Source: Octopus sinensis (taxonomy: Eukaryota). From it: a stretch of DNA of 64,000 bases. The stretch is from assembly GCF_006345805.1 (NCBI RefSeq), contig NC_043000.1:83514001-83578000 (forward strand), in the 5' to 3' direction. The notes under the pieces are model-generated. The model searched no databases. It was given only the letters and a program-made list of their open reading frames with translations, and was not told the DNA's origin. The position numbers and the translations under genes are program-made. How positions within the stretch are numbered: the stretch's first letter is position 1; each line of letters starts with the position of its first letter. Positions 49,111 to 60,263 of the stretch are shown here, one piece after another.

Positions 49111-51108
49111 CCTTCTTCTGCCCTTCTTTCCTGAACGTCCAATAACACTATACTTGTTCCACGTCCTCGTGTTGTATTTTCTCTTTGTGTTTTCATGTTT
49201 GGATTAACTTTATACATATATATATATATATATATATAATATTAATTAGAGACAAAACCACTATTATGCAAATCAAACAAAGAAAGACTTAATCCAATAC
49301 ATAAAAAATTTTATATAAATTAAATATAATAATTATATTTAATTTATATAAAATTTTTTATGTATTGGATTAAGTCTTTCTTTGTTTGATTTGCATAATA
49401 GTGGTTTTGTCTCTAATTAATATTATATTTTACTATAAAATTGGATTCAATCATAAATCTGATTTTTCCCTGTAAATTTGGATTTATTCCCTAATATTTA
49501 TTATTATATATATATATATATATGTATGTGTGTATATGTTTGTGTGTCTGTGTTTGTCCCCCCAACATCGCCTGACAACCGATGGTGGTGTGCTTACGTC
49601 CCTGTAACTTAGCAGTACGGCAAAAGAGGCTGATAGAATAAGTACTAGGCTTCCAAAGAATAAATACTGGGGTCGATTTGCTCAACTAAAGGCGGTGCTC
49701 CAGCATGGCCGCAGTCAAATGACTGAAACAAGTAAAAGAGGGAGTAAAGAGATAAAAAAGAAAAAAAATCATTAAGGAAAGTAAGCTACTTACCCAAGCA
49801 GAGTTTTGGTTCACTTGCACCCTAAATAAAAGGTTATGTAACTAACAACTGTAACATACTGTGTTGTAGGAAGAAGTTTAACTTTGAAGTGATAATTGCT
49901 TGAATAATTTATAATTATCCAGGGTCCCTGTATTATGTTTGGTGAGACCATGGACCACTTCCTAGAATGTTCCTCTTTAAGGCAAGGCCTGGACAAAAGT
50001 CTCTTCTTTCTAATGGAAGACAGACTGTTGTCCATGTATGCATGTCTCCACATCAGTGTTGTCTAAGGGAAAAGTGAGAACAGATACAGTTTGGCATCAG
50101 TGTTGTCACAGGTGTTGCCATCAGAACAAGGAGCTAGAAAAGACACAATAAGGCATCTTGTCTAATGCTTTTACAGGTCTACCAGTTCACCACTTTATTC
50201 ATCAACCTCAGAAGTTAACTTATTGTAGTTTAAACTCAGAAAGCCTGAATAAATGTTACAAGACATTTTATCTGATATTCTAACAATTCTACCATCTGAA
50301 TGCCCTTTGCAATTATAGAATAATGTTCTGTATTACAAGCCAAATACAAAATATTATTTAATTAATTACAAAAAGGCAATCAGTTAGTAGATATTCAGAG
50401 GATGCAGAGGGGCTGGCACAGGACTGCCAGTGATGGAGAGCACTGGTGGACCTGGTCAGCTCTATGTATGATGACACCTCTGGGACCATTAACCTGAGAT
50501 GCCTCCTGTCCCATCAAACAACAGCTTGAAGCAAACAAGCAAGAAACGTTACAGGCCAAATGCTGTGACATAGTTTTGTTAAACTTTGAGTTTCATATAA
50601 ACATATTTTAGAGTTGTTCTTATTTTCATGTCTATATAAGGCTAGAAATGAAGATGTTTCTTCCTGTTGACTTCTCTATGTAAATATAATCTAAGATTTT
50701 TTTAAAGAAGGGAAAAATGTTAATTACGTCGTTTATAATCCCTACCCCTATTACACAATTCCATTTCTATAACTCATACTTAACTGTTTTGTTACCACAT
50801 TTCTTTTAAAATACTCTGCCATTATTTCAGTTTTTGAAAATAATGAAAAATGTAATAAAACAACCGTACCATTATTAAAATGATGCTTGAAACATAAATT
50901 AATGAAATTTTATTGGAGACTTTTTAATTTACATAATTTTAAACATGAAATTTTGTATCATAGAACTAGAGGTGGTTTCAGGCAGTTTAATATCAAAAGG
51001 GTTAATATCAATCATATAGAATATAGGATCTATAGGAGTTTCATATAATATAAGCCATATTCATGCTTCAGTGTTAATCTAATTTTGTCTTTTGATTTTT
51101 ATTTCCAG

Positions 51109-51269
51109 GGTTACTGCAAAGATAATTCAAGATGTGTTGTTCGCCATTTATATGAGAAATCTGAAATGGAGCATAGCCTCTTTGAGAAAATAGGCAAAAC
51201 TTTACAGTCTGTGCGAAATTCCATAGAAGATGAACTTTCCTTACAAGCATATTCTGCCCAATTATCAAG
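51109..51269 (+). CDS. EPG5: EPG5 coding exon 4
   Basis: TTCCAG|GGT TAC TGC; GYCKDNSRCVVRHLYEKSEM...LSLQAYSAQLS-R(AG)|GTGAGA, phase 2. Confidence 0.92.
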
Positions 51270-51366
51270 GTGAGAACAATTTAATGTATTAATTTATGTT
51301 TTAGATGTGTTTCCTTATTATTTTCAAAATGAAAAAACATTAAAAATATGCTTTAATTTATAAGGT

Positions 51367-51765
51367 ATAGCAGTATCGCCCGGCGTTGCTCGGGTTTGTA
51401 AGGGAAATAACTATATAAGCATTTTTAGAGATGTAAAGTATAATAGCCATCTCAATATGGCTAACCACAAAGGGGGGGGGTGTTACTGTAGCTTTTTACG
51501 TTCTGAGATTTAATAATAAATTTTTAGAGAGTTACTTCCCTTATATATGCCAAAAATGCATTAAAAATAGGAAAAATTGATGGTAAATTTTTTTTTAAAT
51601 CGTAGACTCATCGAAGACGCGTGCTAATACCCAGAAGGGCTTGATATGAATCACGACTATAAGATACCCGGTTTTGGTTAAACTGCACCGCAAAATGTGG
51701 GAGTAGTTAGGAATCTAAATCGTAGGAGACAGACAGCACACAACTTCACTTTTATATATAAAGAT
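51367..51765 (+). mobile_element. Non-autonomous Helentron/HINE-like element
   Basis: Starts TAGCAGTATCGCCCGGCGTTGCTCGGG (subterminal hairpin), ends TTTTATATATAAAGAT; CpG-rich relative to flanks. Confidence 0.6.
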
Positions 51766-52078
51766 TATTTGATGAGGATTATATAATTTCTTCAGTTTCA
51801 TGTTTTTTATTCCTTACTGATATTCTGAAGATGGTGTATGCACCAGTTATATATGTATATTGATGGCTGTTTACTTTGACTCTCAACCATAAAGTATGAA
51901 TTGTGCCTATTTTTTCAGAGAGGCGGTCCGAAGAAACAAATTTGCCTTAAGAGGTATTCATACTGAATGAGTCTTGGAAAGTTTGACTACATTACTACTG
52001 TGCTCCCTACATAGATAGACAGACAAACAAACAGGGAGGGAGTGCAGGAGATAGATAGAGAGACAGACAGACACACAT

Positions 52079-52111
<33 letters not shown>

Positions 52112-52150
52112 GCAAAGTGAAATTGTAAGGTACCGCACAAGTGGAAATAT

Positions 52151-52503
52151 ATATGAAAGAAGGTTTGAAATGCAATTTTAAAGATGTTTATTCAATTGAC
52201 CGGTTTCACTTTTTTAGAAAAACATTGTCAAAAGTAAAATGTAAAGCTTTGTAAAAGCTTTGTTGTGTTAAGTTCTGGTTGTCACAAAATATTACAATAC
52301 ATATATACATTCTTTGGTAACTGTTTTTAACATTTTCTTATTATTACCAAAGAATGTGTATATGTATTGTAATATTTTGTAACAACCAGTCCTTTTAACA
52401 ACAAAGCTTTACATTTTACTTTTGACAATCTTTTTCTAAAAAAGTGACACCAGTCAAGTGAATAAACATCTCTGAAATTGCATTTTCAAACCTTCTTTCA
52501 TAT
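52151..52503. repeat. Long fold-back palindrome (~165-bp arms, 23-nt loop) in EPG5 intron 4
   Basis: ATATGAAAGAAGGTTTGAAA...CTTTGGTAA [52321-52343] TTACCAAAG...TTCAAACCTTCTTTCATAT. Confidence 0.9.
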
Positions 52504-52714
52504 GTACATATAAAAGTAGATAAATGGTACAACAAGGCACCAATATTTACTGAAAAATAGCAATCGCAATAAATACGACGCTATTGTATAGCTTCACTGC
52601 GTATATACTAGCAAAGACGTGTGTGTGTGCAACAAACATGAAAAAAATGTCTTACTTCTATATATATATGGCTGTTAGATGATGGTAATGTGTGTGCATA
52701 TGTGTGTGTGTTTA

Positions 52715-52750
<36 letters not shown>

Positions 52751-53278
52751 CATGCAAGCAAGGCTGCCTGGTAAGAAGTTTATTTCCCAACCACATGGTT
52801 CTATAGGTAGGTTCAATCTCACTGCATGACACCTTGAGCAAGTGTCTTTTCCTATAGTCCTTGGCTGACCAAAACTTTGTGAGTTGATTTGTAGATGGAA
52901 ACTGAAAGAAGCCTATTGTATATATGTATGCCTGTGTTTGTCCCCTCCCACCACTTTACAGCTGGTGATGGTTTCTTCATGTCCCTGTAACTTTACAGTT
53001 AAGCAAAAAGAGATCAATAGAATAACTACAGGGGTCTATTTGTTTGACTAAAACCTCTCAAGGCTGTGGCCCAGCATGGCTGCAGTCCAGTGACAGACAA
53101 GTAAAATATAGATGATTAGTACCTCTTAAACACTGCTCTTGTGTTAGGGTGCATTTTACCATGGGTGTAGGAGTCTTCTGTAACACTGTATATTGGCAGT
53201 TAGTATAGTTCTTTGTCTTCTTCTCTTACTTAGTTAGCCTTCACAACTTCATCCCATTATTTATGGGATGACCCAATG

Positions 53279-53317
<39 letters not shown>

Positions 53318-53347
53318 TATATATACACACATATACATATATATATA

Positions 53348-53870
53348 CACAGGTTGTGGTGAATATATTGTTGTCTAAATTATGCAAAAATGAAAATAAC
53401 ACTGACATCTCATTTTAACAGATATATTTACCAAAATTACATTAAAAAATATCATGAAATACTAAAGAGTAAATTTATCCAACAAAATTGCCATTGACTT
53501 CAACCATGGTTTCCAGAAGACTTCAGAATCTCCTGCAACTCCTCTAGATGGTCTCCATGGTTAAGTTGGTGAATACTGCCATAATCCTTGCCTTCAGTTT
53601 ATCTTTGGTGTTACAAGGAGTTTTGTTGGTCACTCATTTAACTAAGCCCCACACATAATAATCAAGGCGGTTGCAGACTGGGAAGTTAGATAGCCAGATG
53701 TTAGGGATGATGTGGTTGCAGAAATTGTCTGACAACCATGATTGGGTTCTCCTGCTTGTGTGACATGGTGTAGAGTCCTGTTGCCAGACATAGGGTTGTC
53801 CAACAGCCACCCTCTTGACCTAGGGTAACACTACCTCCTCCAGGCATTTGATGTAGGCCTCCGTAGTGAT
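53348..53870 (-). mobile_element. Tc1/mariner (DD37D/maT-like) transposase 3' relic
   Basis: YIKCLEEVVLP...QPYVWQQDSTPCHTSRRTQSWLSDNF...LDYYVW; stops present. Confidence 0.75.
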
Positions 53871-54333
53871 CACTCCAAATACAATGATGACTGGATGTTG
53901 ATTTTTATCACTCTCAGTACATGTTTTGGGTACACAGTGGGCGAGCGGGTGGATGAATGGATGGATGTAAATTTGGTTAATGAGAGAGAAGGAAGATACG
54001 AGAATTTTTGTTAATCACTTCAATTGTTTTGACTCATCTAGCATCGATTCCTCACAGGTGGGATATTTAAAATTCTCATATCGTCCATCTCTCTCATTAA
54101 CCAAATACACAATGAACACTGTGTAAGTGAATGTACTTTATCGGTAAGCTCTCCCTCTCTCTCTTTCTATATATATATACACACACTCATATTTTATACA
54201 CACACACACACACACACACAAATACACATTTATGTGTGTGTGTATGTGTGCTATTAAAATTATATTGTTGATTAATGTATCAAGTGGGTTTCAAACCAAT
54301 ATATTTTTCTTTTATTATATCGTATAATTTCAG

Positions 54334-54410
54334 GCTTCAAGTAGAATCTTACATTCATAATTTATTCAAAAGCCTACCCATTCTTCAAAAGATTCGAGCT
54401 GATGGCCCAA
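54334..54410 (+). CDS. EPG5: EPG5 coding exon 5
   Basis: TTTCAG|G CTT CAA GTA GAA TCT TAC: (R)LQVESYIHNLF...ADGP-A|GTAAGT, phase 1; LSR|LQVESYI matches vertebrate EPG5. Confidence 0.92.
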
Positions 54411-54786
54411 GTAAGTGAATTATAAATGCTATCTTCAAATGTGTAGTCATTTCATCATGTTAAGATATTCTTCAAATGAATTTGCAAAATTTGGAATTGT
54501 TGGATTATTTACATTTCAAATATTTATTAAATATTTGTTTATTAAATTAAATTAAATTTTCAAATTTTAATAGAACTCTAATTTATAGTATTGTGTATTA
54601 TATATTACAAAATTAGAAAATGGAGAAACATACTTAAATCAATAAAACATCAACTCTCAGATGATACCCAATCAATACTTTATTACACCATTACATATCA
54701 GTAAAGGCATTATACAAAATATATAGTAAATATAAATAGACAAGGAAATAGAAATATAAAATATAAAATATAATATGTAATTATAT

Positions 54787-54905
54787 CATATCTGACAGCT
54801 GTTTCGGCTGTAAGGGCAGTCATACCTCATTTAACCTATAAGCCATAAAGGCAGGTATAAATGAGGCATTAACAAGGATGCCCCACTGCCTCTTCAGAGA
54901 ATTTA
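54787..54905 (-). ncRNA. Penelope-type hammerhead ribozyme motif with long helix II, antisense to EPG5 intron 5
   Basis: Minus strand: UCU-CUGAAGA-GGCAGUGGGG...CCCUUACAGCC-GAAA-CAGCUG-UC|AGA. Core is intact; helix II pairs 9 of 10 positions; palindromic helix III; helix I is only 3 bp. Confidence 0.6.
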
Positions 54906-55836
54906 ATTTGTTATAATTGTGAAAAAATTATTTTTTCATATACATATAAATATAAAATATAAAAATGTAAAATATAAAAACTTGTGCATAAACTCCATAA
55001 TGCTACACATATATAATATATATAATACTCATTGATACAATAATGCAAGGTAAACAAAACAAAATAAAACAAAATATATATCAGTGTATATATTAATATT
55101 AATAAGCACAGTTATTTTACATATTTGGCTAATAGTTCTAAAAACTAACACATAGGGAGATGTATGCGCACTACTATTTAAATTAAAATCATACCTATAC
55201 CTGAAAATAATAATAAAAAACCATAGTTCAGTTCATAAAATTATAAACCTATAAAAGTCAATATAAATTACTATTAATATTAATAATAATAATAATAATA
55301 GATACAGTTAAGTTTGCACCAAGTCCATCCATTCAAAATCGGAATAACTATGAGTTTAGTAATTCCGTCCGCTTGATATTCTATGCTAGCATGAGATGGT
55401 ATTCGTAAATTTGTTTATTTGTGTACAGCATGGACAATGAACATTAAATGATGATGATGATCTGATAAGAAACCCAAACTTTAGTCTTGTAGCTATTAAA
55501 TCTCCATACAATCAATCAGTTTATAAACAATTGTTATAACGTTTGTATTTTGAAATGTAATAAATACTAATTTTTATTAAAAAAACTGAACCCTAAACAT
55601 GGAAAGCACAGTTTCAAAATGAATATTTTTCAGAAATGTTTCACTTTGCTGGTTGTCTTAAAAATGGTTCAGTTGAATATGTAATTATTTTTTAGAGTTC
55701 CTATGAATGTTTAGAGTTAATAATGTAGGAAAGTCATACTAAATAGATCTTGATTTTGAAAAATGGTTCAGATATTATTGAGAAATATTGTATTTGTGAT
55801 ATCTCTTATCTATATGATGACAAATTCTCTTTTTAG

Positions 55837-55982
55837 TTCGAGTTCAAGCAAAGCAGAGCATGACTGTTCTTCACCAGATTCAGAGACTGAAGGACTGCAT
55901 CTCAATCTTGTTTTCTATGCACAGACGACCAATTGATGACCATAACTTTGTTGAAAATTTGCGAATATGGACAGAAAGACTA
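55837..55982 (+). CDS. EPG5: EPG5 coding exon 6
   Basis: TTTTAG|TT CGA...; RLKDCISILFSMHRRPIDDHNFVENLRIWTERL|GTGAGA, phase 0. Confidence 0.92.
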
Positions 55983-57039
55983 GTGAGATAATTTTTATCA
56001 ATAATTCACACTTTTCTGTTTCTTTAAACAACAGTGTCTTTAACCCTTCTGTTACCATATTTCTGTTGAAACACACTACATTTGTTTCAATTAATTGCAA
56101 AATTAATGAAGGATTTACTTAAAATAACTTTGTCATGATTAATCTGGTGTTTGAAGGTTTTGGGATGACTTGGGAAAATTTATATCAGAGAACTAGTGGC
56201 AGTCTCAGATAGTTTGCTATCAAAAGGGTTAATTACTCAATCAAATTAATTGTCATATTAAATGAATTTTAATTTTAAATAAAACTAGAAAATGATGATT
56301 AAAATAATGCATTCATTAAAGGTGAACATAAAAATCATGTTATTTCTGTTATATCATGTGTTTTTAAGAAATTGTGTATCCTAATTTTCTTTTAGATTAG
56401 ATACATTAGATAAGATTTCATTAATTTTTCATTAGTAATTATTCTTTGTTGGTAGTTTAATAGCATTTAAAGTAAAGTTGATAACTTAAATATTATCAGT
56501 GAAAGGTAATGATTTAAAATTTGACATTTTACATTGAACAATTTTGTACTAATCTAACAACTGACAACTGAGTTTTCCAATGTTATGAAAAATAATATTT
56601 AGATACATCTATCTCTGTCTACTATTCCTGAAAGGGTTATTGGGGTAGGGTCCTCAGGCACCTCCTCCATCATTAGACCTTCTGGATGGATTCTTAAGCA
56701 TGACCAACTTAAACTCTGGATATTATTCAACCATCTCATTTTGATCTACCCCTTGATCTCTTTTTGGTTGGCTCAGCTTCAAGAATCTGTCTTGTGGATC
56801 TTTGTTGAACTGTTCTAATTACATATCCACAGTACAGGAGCTGTGCCCTCTGAATGCAGAGAAGTTTTCCTATGTAAAGAAAAATAAAATTTGGATTTTG
56901 AAAGACCAGGAATTAATTCTTAGTTATTCATTTGAAATGTAGGCCCAGTATTTTTTATGGGAAAATGTACCATTGATTGATATAATGATATCAAAATGAA
57001 TCACAGGTGTTTAAAAGTTATTTCATTTTCTGCTTATAG

Positions 57040-57242
57040 GTATCTGTGTTACTGAGAGTAGCCTCCTTTGAGGATCATTTGTTTCTATTAAACCATGTCC
57101 TCCGATGTCCAGCTGGTGTGGGATCTTGGGCAGCCCAGTACATACAAATTCCACTGTTAGTGAACATTGATGAGACGACGTTTGTCAGTCCCAGTCTAGA
57201 TCACATGGTTACTGTTTTGGCTACAATTCTTCAACCAATCAA
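57040..57242 (+). CDS. EPG5: EPG5 coding exon 7
   Basis: TTATAG|GTA TCT GTG; [38 protein letters not shown]...LATILQPI-K(AA)|GTAAGT; [17 protein letters not shown] is the EPG5 hallmark. Confidence 0.95.
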
Positions 57243-57621
57243 GTAAGTTTACAATGTTAATGATAATGCATTATTATTAACATTAATGATCATGTAGTGA
57301 TTATTTCAGTATTAATGATTATGTAACTATTATGTCAACATTAATGGTTATGTATTATTACGAGCATTAATGATTAGATAATTTATTATTTCAATATTAA
57401 TGCTTACATATTATTTCAATATTAATGATTAAGTTTTATTGTTACTATTAATGATTAAAGTCAAAATCAATAACTAATACTAAGTTTATGACCTTAGCAT
57501 CTTTCATCTAATCCATACATTAATACATATATGTCTTCTGTGATTAACTTAGGTTTATTTCATTTCATTTGTTTTTACTTATTTGACTTTCTAATACATC
57601 TTTTTAATATTTGACCTGCAG

Positions 57622-57721
57622 GGGTCGTGAACAGTTCTTACAACATTTAAATACCAACCTTAAAGAAAGAACAGAAAGCAATGATGGTGCCTGGATTATG
57701 GTTGATTCTGATGGCGAAGAA
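57622..57721 (+). CDS. EPG5: EPG5 coding exon 8 (contains LIR1 WIMV)
   Basis: CTGCAG|G GGT CGT; GREQFLQHL...DGAWIMVDSDGEE|GTAATA, phase 0. Confidence 0.92.
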
Positions 57722-60263
57722 GTAATACATTTAGAATAGTTCTACTTTAATATGTTTTATTGTGACTTGATTCATGGGTGTACACATGTAAAATAGATGT
57801 GCAGTGGGTGGGCAAGTTTCATTTGATGCTAGCTGAAAGGTGCAGGATTTATATAATATTGCAAGTTCACATTCTAGAACACCCATGCCAGTGCTGCATA
57901 AAAGCACCTAGTACACTTTGTAAAGTGGTTGGTGCTAGGGATGGTATCTAGCTGTAGAAACTGTGCCAAAACAGATATCAAACCATCCAACACATGCTAT
58001 CATGGAAAATGGACATTAAATGATGATGATGATGATGAGATATAGCTGGGAACAAAAAGTGCTTTCTCAAGCTGACTTGTTTTTGATATGCAGCAGAATA
58101 TGAAATTGATTTTTTGCTTTGTAGAAATTCTTATCCTTAGGTGAAGTGAAGTAAAGAAAATTTATTAGTATAAAACAGGTATATAACAGCTGTGTGGCAA
58201 GATGTTTGCTTCCCAACCATTTGGTTCCAAGTTCAGTCCTACTGTGTGATACTTGGGCATAATGTCTTCTGTAGCTCTTGGCCAATCAAAGCCTTGTGGG
58301 TAGATTTTGTACACAGAAACTGAAAGAAGCTCATCATGTGTTAGTGTCTCTTTGTCTTGACATTATGTGATAGTTGTAAATGATTGTCACTGACATACAA
58401 GCATTCATTTCCATTATTCTGCGAGAACATGTCTGGCTAGGGAGAAGTATTACTTTGGTTGGAAACAGATGAGGGTTAGCAGCAGGAAAGGTATCTGGCT
58501 GTAGAAAATCTGCCTCAGTAAACTGTTGAGCCATGTAAGCATGGAAAATTGCACATTAAAGTGATGATGATATACATTTAAAGTTTGTTTTGTTTTTCTC
58601 ATGAAATCTTTATTGTAAGAAAGTAGTTCTGTGAACCCTACATGCTATTTGTCTTTGTAAATATTTAAAGCTAAGGCTAAAATTTATTCACAATAACTTT
58701 GTTCTCCTAAGGAAAACTTAGATATAAATTGTTAGATGACACATGAGAATGTTGAGTTGCATAGAGGAATCAACTTGAGTACAAATAGAGAAATGTCAAG
58801 ACAGAAAAATGAGCATTGCAATAATGAGATGTGTCACAAAGTTTATTTTTGGCCTGTTGATTATTGATTCAAGTATTCTGTTAAGGACTGAGATAAGATG
58901 GTTAGTCTAACATATTTCTGTTGATGCACTGGAAATAGGTAACTTCATTCTCTTTATATATAAAAAGGGAAAGGTTATAAAAAAATGTATGATTAAAGTT
59001 TGGGTTTCTTATAAGATCATACTCCTTTTGGTAACACTTAAAATTATATGAAGAAGTTTATTAAGAAAATAAAAAAATAACATTTCTTGTAAGACTTTCT
59101 GTTTAATATAATTCATGCTAAAATTTTAATCTATCATCATCTGTATTTTGATGAGCTCCTTCTACTGCTGCTCCTTTAATCAATTTTTAATCATTCCTCT
59201 TACCTTCTCATCATTATTTGGTTGCCGATGGAAGAAATGGTATTGCCAAGCAAAATGCTTTGCAAGTATTTTGTTATACTCCTTTATATTTTGAGTTCAA
59301 ATCCTGATGATATTTGCTTATAATCCCTTCAGAGGTTGATAAAATAATACCAGTCATGTACTTGAATCTATATGATAAAATATATTCTATCCTGAAGTAA
59401 TACCAGTAATATATACTTGGCCATATATAATCATATATAATTAAGTACATCCTGCCCTAAAATAATACCATTTATATACTTGGCTCTCTATAACCAACTG
59501 TATTCTGCCTTAAAAAAAAAAAACAGTCATATACTTGACCTTGTATAATCCAACTATTTCCTGCCTTAAGATGCAGCATTTATTTTCATTAATTTTACAT
59601 TTTGTGTTGAAATGTTGCTGGTTGATTTTTGCTTTTCAACCGTTCAGGGTTGCTAACAGAACCACTGTAAATTAAATGTCTGTTATATCCATCTTTTAAA
59701 TTGTGTAGCATTGGAGCAAAATTATTATTATTATTATTATTATTATTATTGCTGCTGCTACTACTGCGTCAGTGAGCTGGCAGAATCATTAGCATGCTGG
59801 ACAAAATGTCTAGTTCATTACTTCTGATCTTACATTCTGAGTTCAAATGCCACCAAAGCTGACTTTGCCTTTCATCCTTCTATAAATAGAAAGAATTATT
59901 CTTATTGAAAGGTCAGAGTAGGTAGCACAATCAGTTGAGTGTATTGGTCAAATTATCTTGCAATACAATTTGAAGTTACAACCCTGTTGATGTTGATTTT
60001 TATTCTTCCAAAGTATTGGAATATCGAAGTCAGACACTTCTATTATTATGGAAGTTAAAATGTTAGTTTTACCTTTTCATTTTTCTGTAGAAGGAAGTAT
60101 TGTAATACCTTTATGTAGTTATCTCATGCCATACTTTATATTTATGATCAAATTTGATTGTCGTTCTTCAGATGTTGATAAACTCTTTTTTTATTCTATT
60201 TGTTCTTGTGACTATATTCAAAATCATGATCATGACCATTTTTATTAATAATTTTTCTTTCAG

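Larger units (their letters stand above)
48381..49505 (+). mobile_element. Head-to-tail dimer (offset 615 bp) of a Penelope-type non-autonomous unit: hammerhead module + AT-rich palindrome
   Basis: GATTCAAAATGTGATCGCG... starts at 48381 and 48996. The ~220-bp modules are identical, and each is followed by a palindrome (48640-48879; 49238-49424). Inserted in the (TA)n of a SINE whose halves lie at ~48190-48335 and ~49520-49740. Confidence 0.75.

Noticed and set aside
48384-49217. Two identical 72-aa ORFs on the minus strand
   Set aside because: Antisense reading of the duplicated pyrimidine-rich hammerhead module; no splice or domain support.
50395-50530. GC-richer open stretch in intron 3 as a candidate extra EPG5 exon
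   Set aside because: Exons 3 and 4 already join in frame with continuous homology; this stretch ends in a stop with no good donor.
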